DNA of 63,781 nucleotides, the filler included, from Collodictyon triciliatum (taxonomy: Eukaryota), in assembly GCA_043381765.1 (NCBI GenBank). It is 6 parts of 6 records of this genome, joined end to end, with 100 filler letters (N's around TTAATTAATTAA, not from the genome) between each part and the next. Parts side by side here need not be neighbours in the genome. Positions count along the whole stretch, not along the records: positions 39,568 to 52,638 come from JBHJMP010002055.1; positions 52,739 to 62,445 come from JBHJMP010002113.1; positions 62,546 to 63,781 come from JBHJMP010002209.1; 3 more parts are not named here. The stretch is one strand, 5' to 3'. A program made the translations under genes and the position numbers. The notes beneath the pieces are model-generated. The model saw nothing but the letters and a program-made list of their open reading frames with translations, ran no database searches and was not told the origin of the DNA. Numbering within the stretch: position 1 is the first letter of the stretch; each line of letters opens with the position of its first letter. Positions 49,701 to 63,781 of the stretch are shown here, one piece after another.

Positions 49701-51905
49701 AAAAAAAAAGGAGACATGTTAAATAGAACTCTATTGCTAATCAGGTAAATGAATGGCTACATATATTGGTTCTTAACACTGAAAGTGACACCAAAGGCAG
49801 GAAAAAAAAAGCACCTTCTATAGAAACCACATTTAAGAACTTCTTTGCGAACATAATCAGGATATCTCTCCAAAGCTTTTAAAGTTTTTAAGGCCTTTTC
49901 CAATAGAGCCAAATCATCCTCAGTCCTTGAACTTGGACTAATACAATTATAATTCTTATTACACAACCCAAATATTGTGCATATGTCAAAGATACAGGGT
50001 AAATATGTGAGTGTATGACTAAAAAATGGTATTATATTGGCCAAATATATGGAGGTATGGTAACAAAAGTTGAAGATGTTACTTAATGACACTGAAATAA
50101 CCCCAAATAATATTAAATTAAGCACACAATACTTTTTTCGGAGAACCTCCACTACTTCTTCAGTAAGGTAATGTAAAGCCTTTCCGAAATCCATAACTGT
50201 TCCTCTCCGTTCTGTGAGAATAACTGTCGGATGGGGTGCTTCTTCCTACGATTAACGATGATTGAATTTGTATCGTTCAGCGATTTGAGTCTTTCATAAA
50301 TGGGGTTATTTGGAGATAAAATCTCAAATTCACCCCTTTTTTTCGATATTGCAAATATGATGTTTATTTATGATATGCAACGACTCTACACTCACTAAAT
50401 AGTGGTATAATCAAAACAACAAGATTAATAAAATGGCTATTTGGAGTCTAGTCAGGTACAGTTTCCATCGCATGCGATGGTATTCTTTTGGGAGAAAAAA
50501 AACTAGACGCACCGGAATCCCCTCGATGCCTTTTTCATATAGCTCACTTTCAAAGGATGGCTTGTCCAACTCAGTTTGCTTGAGAGAGATCGATGACTTT
50601 CTTCTTTGTCTTGGAACTCCGACAAAGCTTGAAACTTCGACTGGAGCTTCATTTAACGATAAAGAACTATTTTATGCCAAGATATCGTTAAGAAAACATT
50701 CTGCACTGGAAGAAAAAGACCAAATACCCTAAACCAAACTTACATATTATTGCAATAGATACTTTAGCAACCAAATATACACAAACAATTATTGAAAATG
50801 ATAAATAGCATATGTGACATAATCTGATATAATCCATGGAATGATATCATAATATGGTGTAAAATTAAGGCTATTCGACCGGAGCTTTATATTTTGGTGA
50901 AGCTGATCGATTGTCTGTGTTGTGCTCGGTGTCCTTTGTGACTGATATTTGGTTTTGATTCGTATAATTACAAATCATGAATATAGTATGCGAAGTTTGT
51001 TGCTATTTGTTTGCATATTGATTTATTCATTGATTTATTGTTATTCATTTATTCATTATTATTGTTTTTGACCTAACTGTTTTATGTGCTTCATTTCAGC
51101 TTTATATTGTGGTATTTTGAGGCTTCGCATGTGGGTAAGATTGCAATTCGAATTATGTGTTAAAGGAACTGCTATATGTAACATACTTCATCATCCATGG
51201 TAAGGGGCTGTACACCAGGAGTTGGAGGACGGAGTGCCGGAGACGGAAGGGACAGTCCTGAAGCCGACCCATTGGTGGTGTTGAGGTTCGTCACTATGCT
51301 TGGGGTTCGCCCAGAACGGCGTGGCCTCGGCAACAGCTCTTGGCTCCCTCCCTTCAGCAATAAGGCAGAATTTAAGATGTATCAACATCCGAGCAACCAT
51401 GTTTAAGAACACTGTCTATGGAATAATAGTGCTTCATAAAAAAAGGAAGAAAGGAAAAGGAAAAAGAGGAAGGTCATCAAGAGCAAAAAGTAGAGTAGGT
51501 TTAGGCCATTCTTTTTTTCTTTTTTTCTTTTTTTCTTTTTTTCTTTTTTTCTTTTTTTCTTTTTTTCTTTTTTCCTTTTTTCCTTTTTTCCTTTTTTCCT
51601 TTTTTCCTTTTTTCCTTTTTTCCTTTTTTCCTTTTTTCCTTTTTTCCTTTTTTCCTTTTTTCCTTTTTTCCTCTTTTTTCCTCTTTTTTCTTTTTTCCTC
51701 TTTTTCTTTTTTTTCTTCTTTTCATACATTAGGCTCTTACTTTTGAATTACTTCCATCGCTGGCAAAGGATTCGTTTGGATCGCCGCTCTTGTTCCTGTC
51801 ACCTGTCGTGCTCATCGCGAGTGCCTTGCTGTGGATGGTTGCGGCGCATAGGAAAGAAAGGAATCCGTTTTGCAGTTTTCGTTTTGCCAAGAACTGCTGA
51901 ATCAT
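46734..51905 (-). CDS. Cyclic nucleotide-binding domain protein, CNBD2-like (multi-exon); start codon uncertain
   Basis: RTEDDL..LERYPDYVR; VFKQGDLSENFYIIIEG; GDCFGEVGL; YFYVRGTKRTATII; C-terminal YPTDDELRKAF..QRKWADFK. Confidence 0.78.
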
Positions 51906-52805
51906 GTCATTTTTGGAATTTAAATGTTTTTACTAAAAAATGTTATAGAGCAACTGGAGTGGACAGTGTGTGTATCTTGACTCTCCAATAATCTATTAAT
52001 TAGTACAATTGATTTCTTGCGCCATTTGTATTAACTATCTATCATTATTTTGATAACAAGAAGGCGCAAGAGAATGCTTTCCACATGTCTTAAGGGATTA
52101 AAATGGCTTGTGGCCTTTTACCTAAATATACTACTTATTATGTACATCTTATTCAATCAAACTATGACGCGATCCTGCCTTCCTTTGCTCCAAACCGATC
52201 TGGCAATCAAAAAAAAAAAAAAAAAAGAGAATATTGTAGTGGCAGAAACACAACGCAACGCGAAACAACACAAAAACATAACGCCTGCGATATCAAATAT
52301 AGAATAACGAACAAAGCAGGCCGCAATCAAAGACTCACTTGTGGTTGCGGCTCTTTTCTTAATTTCTTGATCGTTAGGCGAGAGAGTTGCACATATGCTG
52401 CGCGAGCGGATCTCTTTATTTAAAAGCACCGACCAACAAACGGCAAAATGTGTTTAAAAAAACAAGGGAAAAGAAAAGAGGAGTTGCTTTGTACAAAGAA
52501 AAGAATGCTTGTAAACCACCGAAGTTTGTCTGTCATTTTCTCTTCAGTTGCAAAATGGCAGTCAGCCAAGAGATTGTTTTTGAGCACAACAACCAAAAAA
52601 AAAAAAAAAAACCAAAAAAAAAAAAAAAAAAAAAAAAANNNNNNNNNNNNNNNNNNNNNNNNNNNNNNNNNNNNNNNNNNNNTTAATTAATTAANNNNNN
52701 NNNNNNNNNNNNNNNNNNNNNNNNNNNNNNNNNNNNNNATTAAAAATTTTTTTTCTTGCTCCATTACTAACCCAAAAAATTAGAAAAAAAAAAAAAATTT
52801 CTTTG

Positions 52806-52838
<33 letters not shown>

Positions 52839-52840
<2 letters not shown>

Positions 52841-55800
52841 AATAAAATTGTGCACCGTAAATTATGTCTCCATCAGAATTGACATCACCTTCTGTATTGC
52901 TTCTATGATAAGTCAACCCGACTGCAGTGCTTTCAGTGTAAGCGTCGCCCTCCAAGGAACCAACGCTTCGGGATGCTTTCACGCGTTCTGATGTCTTAAT
53001 TCTTTGTGCCTCCTTATAACCCTGATTTTTAACTCCCGTAGCAATTTTTGAGGTCGAGAATCGAGACCCAACTCTCTGTCTTTCAGGTGAAATCTGGGTT
53101 ATTTCTTCAGACCGGACGCGCGTTTCACCAAGCGGCTTGGGTTCTATATCAGTTGGTGGGGCTAATGAAGGCTCACTGTTGTAAGATCTCATCTGGACTT
53201 CATCAGTCATCTGCTGGTCTAGAGACAATTTGTCGCTTTCCATAGCAATTGTATCGATATCTTTACTTTCAAACTGGACATTGGGTTGCAGCTGTGGATG
53301 AACTAGGGATAAAACAGCCGGCTCTTTTTGTTTGGTCAGCTTCTTTGGTGATTCAACCGTGGATTTTGAGATTGTTTCTGTGTTGCTTGCGATGGAATCT
53401 GTGGGCGAGTTCTTAAGAGAGAGTGTCTGTTGGTTTTCAGTAGAATTTGTCAGGCGCTTCGAATCAGAGCGAGAACTTCGCGGTGTTGTGGCTCGCGAGT
53501 TTGGTGGCTGTGGCTGAGATTTTTGTCCGGGGGCGTCTGTGATTCGCTTTACTGTGGCATTTGATCCACTTTCATTTGTCGTAGAGGACTGGAGGCTTTG
53601 GTCTCGCAATCTTTGATTGTGACAAAGTGGGTCAAAAGCATAAGACGGAGTAGTGATGACAATGCCAGGAAATTGTATACGTTATATTTAATTTTGGTAT
53701 CAATATTGTAAAAGAATTTGTATCGTACGTTGTTGAAGGGCTATTCGTCAGTCTGCTCTGGGTTAACGACTTTCCATCCTAATTGCCGATATGAGTAATA
53801 ATGCATATATCATTTCAGTTCGCTATTTTCGTGGGCTAATACAGTAAATTTGATTTTTATTTGTTGGGATATCATCCTTTTTATCCTGAGTTTATGATAG
53901 CAGCTAAATTTTATATGATAAACGAATACATCTCTTGGTGTGTTCCGCGCAGTCAATTGAGGCGACATCTCTGGCTTTCTTGAAAGTGGTGGCCTCGATG
54001 AAACAATGACCTTAATAGATGGGTCGATAGCCTTTTGGTGTGTATCAGTATCAATTCTCCTAAGATGATAGGTATGTTGAATGAGAATTTCATGCAATTA
54101 TTTGTATGTGTCATGGGTAAGGCAATATAAATAAACCCATATAATGGTCCTTGTGAATTGCCTTCGCCCTGTAATTTCATGCACTTTAGTTTAAAACATA
54201 ATTTTGATTCATTTTTTAAACAATCACCTCATTATGACTTTTTTTTAAAGTCAGAGTAATTCATGAATCCAGGGGCATTGCATGTTTAAAAAAAAATACG
54301 AGGGTGAAAGTTTTATACGTCGACTAGTTGAGTGCGGTCCTCTCCATGTAAGTGCGAAGCTTTTTGGTGAATTGAGGATGGTCTGGATGATGAACGAGAT
54401 GACAATTTACCTAAGTATTTAGAGAAAAGTAGGATACTTTATGTTTACAATTTTAGGTTGGTTTCATATAAAACAATTGATTAATGACAAAATGTGCCTG
54501 TAAAANNNNNNNNNNNNNNNNNNNNNNNNNNNNNNNNNNNNNNNNNNNNNNNNNNNNNNNNNNNNNNNNNNNNNNAAAAAAAAAGAGAAGGCAATATGCA
54601 AACAAATAAATTCAAATAATCGACTAGGAATGGGTTAAAAAGAGCAGATGGCTCATTTATGAGAGTTAGACTTTCTAAAATTAACACTAACTTCTTGGCG
54701 AAACGTTTGGCGAGGGAGATTTGACCGCCTTGGCATCCACCCCGGAAGAATCATCATCAAGAGGTCCTGACTTCATGGAGTTTCTTCGACTTCCTGGAGC
54801 CTCTGATTCCTTTATTTCAATGTTGTTAAATATGAAAATAAAAATACATACAAACGTGATTATATGCATACATTCATTTGAATTTAGTTGGGGCAAATTT
54901 TTCTATTACTGATAACGTGTTGTTTGGGTTTTGATAATAGTTTCCCAATAAGAATTCATCGTCTGCAGCAGAGCGTTCTGATCTACGAGAGGAGTCGCGA
55001 TCCAAATATTGGGACGATTCAAACCCTCGCAAATCAATTGATATCGGGTCGTCAATTCCAAAGGCAATAGGCTTGTAAAAAAAAAAAGTAGAGAACTGTT
55101 GTTATTCCATATTAAGCTAGTGTTGTTTGAACGATCACATGATATGAAAAATCAAATAAAAATGTGATGCCGTTGGAAAGTGATGTGTTTATAAACCATT
55201 TGTGATTTTTTATTTCCCTCTTGTAATTTCACGTTTCACATAAATTCAATACGGCCCTGCATCGAAAAAATATAATACCTCGACAGATATGTCTGTCTGT
55301 GCAAAAGATTCAGACATTTCTACTCTGCGAATAATATTTCCGGTATATTTCATATTCGTATCCCCCTCTGTCTCACTTCCCAAAGTTCCATACATGTCTG
55401 CTGCTCCAAATGGCTTGATAAAACTGAGCCCTTCTTGAATACTAACGTCCATTTTTTCGACAATATTCTCGACTATTGTGAAAAAAGAGCATTCATTATA
55501 CAATAAAAATTTTTTGAAGGGAATGGAAAGGATCTAAATTGAAGGAGACGATTTAAAAAAAAACGAAAAAGAAACGAAAAAGAAATCAATGGTAAATATA
55601 AAATATAGCCCTGGCAGGTTTTCTTTCTAAACCAGTAGAAGATTGGAATACCCATGGTAAATTTCCCAGATATCTTTGGTGGTATTTGTATGTCAGTAGT
55701 AGTTGAGGCTGCCACATAAACGCATGGTTCCTATTATGTAAAAAAGCAGCGAATGGGAAAAGATATGAGTGAGTCGGATATCATCAATTTTTTCAAACTA

Positions 55801-58800
55801 TATGGTGTTTTACTTTTCCAGTTATCTTCGGTATTATATGAATAATGATGGCACCTTTGATATTAGTCTACGGACGATATCCAGTTCGTTGTTAAGAGAA
55901 GAAACCTTGTCTTTCAATGCCTGTTCGAAATTATGTTTATGAAAAATGAATTCACATTAAATTATTATATTTTTTTGCCCCAAGTAATATTGCCTACTGC
56001 AACGAATTTTTTAAAAATAAATAAAGAAAGAAAGAAAGAAATCGATTAATTACATCAGATTCGAATTGAATAGTTCTCAGTGCGCTGCTGTTCCTAATCA
56101 GTCTGGATCGGTAATCCTAATATGAATTCATTCAATTAAAAATTGTACACCCGAAATGATAAATTACTCCAGTCATCGTACGTAAATGTGTCTCCATATT
56201 TATTGTCACGTAAGCACCTCTGCCATCATCGCGACATTTTCGAAAACTTCAAATGAGATAGAGGGCAAATCAGTCTGCTTTTTGGACTTTGCTTCATTTT
56301 CCATCTGTAGTTTTTCCAGCCTTTACAGAAAAAAATAAGTAAATAAGAGGAACATCGAATGTTAAATGAGAAAGGACTAGAAAAATTAAATGTCAAAAAA
56401 TTAATAATTAAGGAAATATTATACCTCTCGTCCAAACACAGACATGTGCAAATGTAAGGGCTATTCATTATTATTAATTTTTTTAAAAAAGGAGGCCAAT
56501 AGACTTATTCATCACCTTTTTGTGACCAAAAGAAGATCCCCTGTGAGAGATTGAATCTCTTCTTTAGCACGAGAATAATCCATTTCTGCCTGTTTCAATT
56601 TCTAGATTGGCAACAGTCCGATTAAACAATGAATCGCGAATATGTAATGCAACAAATTAGAAACAATACTTTTAATGCCGAGAAACAAACAAAAAAAAAA
56701 TAATTAAAAATTCCGGTAGATAAAGAATCGATTAGTGTGTATGTAGAAATTGACCTGGTCAAAAATCGTATTTTTATTGGCGAGTTCGCATAACTTTGTT
56801 ATTTCTTCAATCTGCGTGTTCCTATGTGTCGGCTAGATGGTAGTTTTTGTCGAGTGGAAATTAAAGAAAATCTTTTCAATAATACTTATAATTAGATGGT
56901 CATTGTCTTCAACAAATATTTTCACTCTGTAATACATGATGAAATAAAATTAAAAGTTCATATATAATTTGATGAGAGAAAAATTACATCAAACGCCATT
57001 TTTCTGTACTTTTCATCCTGTGTAATTTATTTTGTTTCATTAATATAGGAAAAATTAATTGACAAATAAATAAAAGAAAGAATTAAAGGTGTTAAGGTTA
57101 TCAGTGTTATGATGGACGGTAATTAAATGATATTTAAAAACGCTAATCAAATGTGACAAGAAATTGACCATAGGTATTTGAACATCAGGCCCGTACAGGC
57201 CTTGAGAAAATATGTTTTCAATTTTGTTCAAATGAGCAACGGTAGACTCTAATACATGTTTTGTTGCCTTGTGTGAGGATATTTCCTGTATAAAAATTAA
57301 TAAAATATTATTTACATAATATCAATATATTATTTTATAACCATTTTAAATATTTGTTAGTCTTCTACCAGAAATTTTTTTCCAAAAACAAAAAAAAAAA
57401 AATACTTTTGTGAGAGAGTCGTTGAAGGATTGTTCCTTGGCTTTAATTAACAGCAACTTGTCATATTCAAATTTTTCATCACACTGTATTAAGTTCCATA
57501 ATTGTCAGATGTTTTAATTAGAAATCGTCTGATTTTAGAATATTTGGCTCAAAAAAAGAAAGAAATACAATCCACTTATACACGAGTGTTCATTACGAAT
57601 GATTCATAATATTGGTTTCTACCATATATGGAGTATGAGGGTTACCTCTTTTTTTGTTCGATCGATAGCTTTATCGATTTCATCGGCCTGCCTATGCCTT
57701 AGCTTATCCATTTCTTTGCTGTATTCATATGAAGAAAAAGACATATATTATAGCAATCCCTGCCATTCCTTAAAAAAATACAATATAGGTAGAAGCTGTT
57801 TGAAGTCATCTGCTATTGTTTTACTTGAGCTTATCAACCGTTTCTGCTACTGCTGGGGCAATAATATATTCATCGATCAAAGAGTAAGGGTCGTTGCTGT
57901 CTGAATGGAACATTCTTCCTGATGGTGAGATGTAAATACTAAGTAGGTGTGTATATATAAAAAAATGAAAAGATAAAAAGAGTAAGCTAAATATTTTTCG
58001 ATTAGTGATTTTTTCGAGAAAAAAAACCTGCTTTCCGGGCCCTAGCAAGATTAATTGCAAACTATCAATGTATACATGGATACACAAAGAAAAATGCTTT
58101 AATTGAGTTGTATAGGTTTTAATCGATAAGAATAGAATAAATAATACATATGTCTTTAGTTTCATAAGTGTATTGATCATTAATCAAGAACATACTCACA
58201 TGAAAGCAAATCAATTATAATTATTTGTAGGCAGTTAAAAAAAAAAAAACGGTATTTCATGTATGCCATATGAAATTATTTCTTTACCTGTCGAATATCA
58301 ACCACTTCTTTTTTCTTTCCCAATTCTTCTTGACTTTAAAAGATTAAATCAGATAAACAAACCTTGAAGTACCATGAAACAAACGGAATGATGTCATAGT
58401 AGTTAGATGATAAATTAAGCAGTATACCTTGCTTTCAGTTTTTTTTCCAAGTCCTGAATGAAAAAATACAAGAAATTGAATTATTTATTTATTTTTTCTT
58501 TAAAAAAAAAAGGGATTGATTTGATGATATTGGAACAAAATACAACCTCAATCTGGCCAAGAAGCTCTGCGACTTTTGATAGAAGAATTTTTTCATGTTC
58601 TTTAAGACGTTGTAGTTCTTGGACATTAAATGCTTTCTTTTCTTCAAAGTATTTTTCTATTTCCTGTAATCATGCGTATGATTAATTTGGGAACATTGGA
58701 TTATGTTGTTGGATATAAGCTTTTTTTAAGAAAAAATGGAAATGTCAATGACACAAACATCTATTTTGGAACGAATATAGTCATCTCTGGTCTCATTCAA

Positions 58801-60428
58801 TTCCCGCAAGGCCTGAGTCCTTCGGGAAATTTCTTCCTTTAGTGAAGCCTCCATTAAGCCGTATTTTCTATTTTACAGTATAAATTAGTATTTGATAAAA
58901 GATAAGCCTTACTTAAGAGTATATTTTTGTTTATAAAAAAAATCTTAAAAAAAAAAAAAGAACAGTGGGTTTGGGTGTTTACTGAGATATTTTTTCTTCC
59001 AGTGATGCCAGCAAGGCTTCATATTGTTGGCGAAGGTTTTCCATTCTCAGGAATCCTTCTCTATCGATCTCGATGGCCTTCCTGTCAAGTTCTTCGATCT
59101 TGGCCTCTTTGGCAGAAAGCTCTTCCTGTAGAAAAAAATTAGGAATTAGCAATTTTAAGAGAATAAAACGAAGCACTTTATCAAAATTCACATTTTTTTG
59201 TAATTGTTATAATTATCATTATTTTAGTATGATCGAGAAATCGAGCATTCTTAAATATGAGAATTTTTCTCGTTGCCTGATGATTATATTTTAAAACTCT
59301 TATTTCTTCGGCCATTCGAAGTCTGAGTCTAAAAGTATTAAATAATTTAAGCTATTATGCATATTCTTCATAGGTATGGATTTCTATTCAGAATCGTAAC
59401 TTGGCATAACTCTAACTCTTTATATATTTACTATTACTACTAATTTCATCCACATTATCGTTTGATTATTAGTTAACTAATGATAATGGTAAATCATCAA
59501 ACCTAGTAGTCATTTGTCTGAGAAGTAGTTTTGATTGCTCATCCATGCTCTCTGTACTTTTCTCGTCATAGTATAGTAATGAACCCCTGTCAAAGAATTA
59601 ATATTTAACATCACATGAAATTTGATGGAATAAAATTTTATTAGTTTGTAGTAGAGTTCCAAAAGAAAAACGTGATAAAGAGATAGTTATCATGATAGTT
59701 TCAAATATATATGTGTGCGTGACTTACCAATCGTCTCCCTGGTATGAGTCTCCCTTTTTCATTTTCTGATATAACTGTAGGGGGAAAAGTGGCAGCATGA
59801 ATCGTGAGTTTTGTGGAATAGAATATTGGCATCGAACTGCGTCAAGTTCATTCTTTTTTTTTGTTTATACTTTGGATGATCTTTTAGAAGGTATTTAATG
59901 AAGGTATACAATACCATCTCTTTTAATATTTGTAGTTCTCTTAAATATGCCGAACGTTGCTCACTCAACAAACCATCCCGACGAACAATTGCACCTGTAA
60001 AAAAAAAAACGATACATTTGGTTTTATTTTATCACATAGGCTTTTTTTTAATTAAAACCGGTCACTATTTGGTGAAATGAAGAGCTGTGGAGATATTTGG
60101 GCATTCGTCATGGACAAGGGGAGCACTATTAAGATAGGTGAGTCGCAAACCTTTCAAATCGCTAACCTCAGAAATCTCTCCCTCTAAGAATATCAAAGTT
60201 TTCTGAATGGATGTGTGCATATCATGTTAGTATGAGCTGTAAGTATGATAGTCTATGATAGTTATGAAGAGTATAAATATTAATATTAATATTTTAATCA
60301 CCAGTAGAATTATTATGCGATGGCTCTTTAAACTAAATATGCTTCACGAACCTCTAGTCTCGAACGAACATCATCTGAAATGTGGACCATCTTTTCCAAC
60401 TCTTTTTTGTAATGGGAACTTAACTGTG

Positions 60429-60517
<89 letters not shown>

Positions 60518-62152
60518 TGTATTGTGGAATGAGCTTTTAAAAGTCACACATACTATAGGCGATGGAAATTTCTTATGAATATGATTTATAAAATACTTGT
60601 TTTCTTCAAGAATCGGAGAAGGACTGGTAAGCTTTTTTTTTTTTACATAGGTTAAAAAAGAAAAGAAAAAGACTAACGGCATGATCGTGATGACTTCTAC
60701 TGCTTCGCGTCTCTTTTTTTAATTTCCCTGGAAAAAAATTACATCATTTCTTAATCGATATTGATGTGTTAAAAATCAAGATGAGTTGATAAAAAATAAT
60801 GAGCAATAAAAAGATCATCGAATGAGGATTGCTTCCTGATTGGTTGTAATCTATTTTCGGCCTATCTGATATCGTTGATTTAATTCTTCTTACCTTCGTC
60901 CTCTTCTTCTTTATGCGATTGACGTAACTTAATGTCACGCAGTAGAGACTCTACAAAGTGGTCGAATATTGCGTTCACTCTGTTTTGGTGATCAGATGGA
61001 GACATCAGCTTTTTCAATGCCTCATAGGTGGGAAGGGTGGGCAATGGTGGGTGAGTCTGCGAAATCATATGTGTTTGTGATTGAGGCGATGCTGACAGAG
61101 GGGAGTTCGTTTCCTTGGTGAGAATAGACGGCTTTGATGAAAAGCTCGATGAAGGCAGTCTGCGAGACGTCTACATATGTATTGGCGATTGAGGAGATTG
61201 GAATTGATTGGATTTCTTGGCAATAATTTGTATATTTAAAACAGATTTATATGAATCGGGCTCATGTCTTGCTATGTACCTGTGATTTTGTTTGCGAGAG
61301 CATTAAATCACTGATGTTAGGTTGTGGGGTTGGAATAAACTTGTCCAACCCAGCATTTTCAAGAGAAACCTTAATTTTAGAAGAAGAAAAATATAGAAAA
61401 GTGACGAATTTTACAGTTTTTATACATATAAAGAAACACAAATATACCTGTCAGCGAAACGATCTTATATGTATGTGTATGTGAAGCGAAATTATAATTA
61501 TGATTTTTTTAAAAAAAAAAAATAAAGAGGCTCATAACTACGATAAATGAACAAGCAGAGGAATATGGAAGGGAAAAGGAATGAGGAAGGGGTAAACAAA
61601 TCAAGACGGGATGTGCAAATGCCATTAAACACAGCAGAGCAGAGCAAAGCAATGGGGAGACTCAAAACAAGGACCAAGAACCCGAACCTTGTAGAGATTG
61701 CCAAGCTGCTCTTTGGTATCTTGCAGCCGCCTGTACAGATCCTCCAAGGCAAACTCTTCGTGGAATAGATCACTTATATGCACACGACGAGGAATAGCGC
61801 TCAGAGGCGACTCGACAAAAGCCCGCGTTGTGATTGTCTGCTGCGGATGTGTGTGAGGATGTGTCTCGTGCGTCGGAGACGAAGCGGCTGCACTTGTAAT
61901 TGCGCTTGTGTTTGCGCTTGTGTTCGTCTCTGTGTTTGTGTTTGTGTTTGTGTTTGTATGTGGGTTTGTGTTTGCGTTTGCGACGGCAACTGAGTCTGTC
62001 GTCTGTGAAGCGCTTGTGCTCATGGCCTCCTGCAAAAGAACCAGTGCTGGTATTAATAGCCGATCGTCGTGTTCTGTAACCCGCCTCTGATCGCCGCGTT
62101 TCTTTTCAGTCTCCACAATCTGCTCCAAGCGCGGCAGTGTTTCATGTCCCAA
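52839..62152 (-). CDS. Large multi-exon coiled-coil protein with Ser/Thr/Pro-rich low-complexity C-terminal region; ends uncertain, unidentified
   Basis: Series of minus-strand GT-AG-bounded exons with E/K/Q-rich heptads (EELSAKEAKIEELDRK; RSAYLRELQILKEM; LEDLYRRLQDTKEQL). Confidence 0.6.
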
Positions 62153-62220
62153 CCTTTGGAAGAGATAGAGGAGGCAACGATTCTTCTCTGTTCCTTTTCT
62201 TTCTTTTTTTTTCTTTTTCT

Positions 62221-62262
<42 letters not shown>

Positions 62263-62371
62263 CGACTCACTCGTGCAAGTGATTGGTTTTCCGTTACAAC
62301 TCTTGTCATTCCCACAGTTACAAGGCTTTTTTTGTATTTTCTTTTTTTTTTCCCATGCTTTTTTTTTTTAG

Positions 62372-62445
<74 letters not shown>

Positions 62446-62546
62446 NNNNNNNNNNNNNNNNNNNNNNNNNNNNNNNNNNNNNNNNNNNNTTAATTAATTA
62501 ANNNNNNNNNNNNNNNNNNNNNNNNNNNNNNNNNNNNNNNNNNNNT

Positions 62547-62583
<37 letters not shown>

Positions 62584-63599
62584 TAAAATGAATATTGACA
62601 GAGCCGACTTGGACCGTGCGAGCGGAAAGCGTATAGTTCCTCAGGTTCTTCTCGATGGAGCTTATTTTGGGGTAATCAAACATATATGTGGTGCATATCA
62701 TCTCTATGTTTTATCAACTTTGTTTGATTCAAAATGTTCATTATTTCTCCCACGATCTTCAAATCTTATTCTATGTTGAGTCACAGACCCTAAAGAGAAT
62801 ATTTGGTCTTTTCTATCATTTAGCTATTTGGTAGTCGATGCACCTATGAATATTTTTTTTTTAGCCTCATTTCATTTTTTTCTATTCCAATTCATTATCT
62901 CGTATTTATTGATATTTCCCTCGTTTTACCCCTACCCCAATACCCCTCCATGGCAAATCATTCTACAGAATGCCGATGAGCTACAGTTGATGGAGGATGA
63001 CGGTATCCTGGATTCCAAACTTGCCAATGGTAACAATTGTCTCATAATCACATCCTACAATATATATATATTTGGGTATGCATACATTTATTCGAACTGT
63101 AAATTCTACTCGCATTAGTTCCTCGCAAGTAAGAGCGACTCCAAAATCTTGAGTTTTAGGCTCGATTCCCAAGAGAATAAAATGATCCCCACATGACCGA
63201 AAAAAAAAATCATAATAAGACTTTTCCTTTTTTAATAATAATTTTTGAATGTAAAAAAGACAATATTTTTTGCTGTTGGGATGCCTTTTCTATTTCACTT
63301 TTATTTGTATTTCATTATCATTAAACTTTTTCTCATCCACTATTTTTCTTGTGGGGTTCTACGTGCCGAGGTTGTCATGCGACTTGAGTTATTGTCGAAA
63401 ATTCCTAAAAGAGATGCATTTCAAGCCCCCAGCCTACCCCTAGAACTGACATCCTGTGTTTGGATGCACAATACCAAATGACCCACGACTCTAGAATACT
63501 CTGGGCATTCACAAGGGGACATATGCTGTGGTCCTTATGGAGTGTGCGTACATTCTCTCGCTCCAGTCATTCATCCGAACGAGAAATCAATATATCCTG

Positions 63600-63730
63600 C
63601 TTGAAAGCCTCGTGCCATACAGCTTCCTGAACAGCCTGCTGAAACACGCTCGCATTCTTCGCTACTCTGACTGCAAGCGAAGAGAGATGTGGGAATGTGT
63701 CGTGCGATATCTCCCACAGCATATCCAACC
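63600..63730 (-). mobile_element. Possible hAT transposase C-terminal dimerisation-domain remnant
   Basis: LWEISHDTFPHLSSLAVRV followed in a shifted frame by SSEECERV(FS), resembling W..FPxLxxLA..SSAxxERxFS. Confidence 0.35.
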
Positions 63731-63781
63731 TTTGCTACCTACGCAGCCAATCAACCAGACGGGTCGCCCACTCGACCAACT

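Overview
Eukaryotic (protist-like, AT-rich, intron-rich) assembly made of six unrelated scaffolds joined by artificial 100-nt N/TTAATTAATTAA/N linkers (segments 1-13092, 13193-26281, 26382-39467, 39568-52638, 52739-62445, 62546-63781). Adjacency across linkers has no biological meaning. The standout is the start of scaffold 2 (13193-~17410), a compact, intronless gene cluster that looks like the right end of an endogenous Polinton-like virus (PLV). It carries a double-jelly-roll-type major capsid gene broken by one in-frame TAA and several small virus-type ORFs. Five of its start codons share a W-rich-TCT-N10/11-ATG motif, including a bidirectional pair. It also has an inverted-repeat-bounded iteron-like intergenic element and an 18-bp perfect palindrome at the apparent virus/host junction. 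Host genes are an LRR + Cys-rich + multi-TM receptor-like gene with tandem 69-nt one-LRR exons, a DUF4062-like/STAND NTPase/TPR (NLR-like) gene, an intronless duplicated-module membrane protein with its tandem pseudogene, ERGIC3/Erv46, an atypical PDI (CPHS/CGHC, no KDEL), TSPO, eEF1B-gamma, a CNBD2-like gene and a long coiled-coil gene. LINE fragments and microsatellites are also present. All family assignments come from motif recognition by eye; no searches were run.
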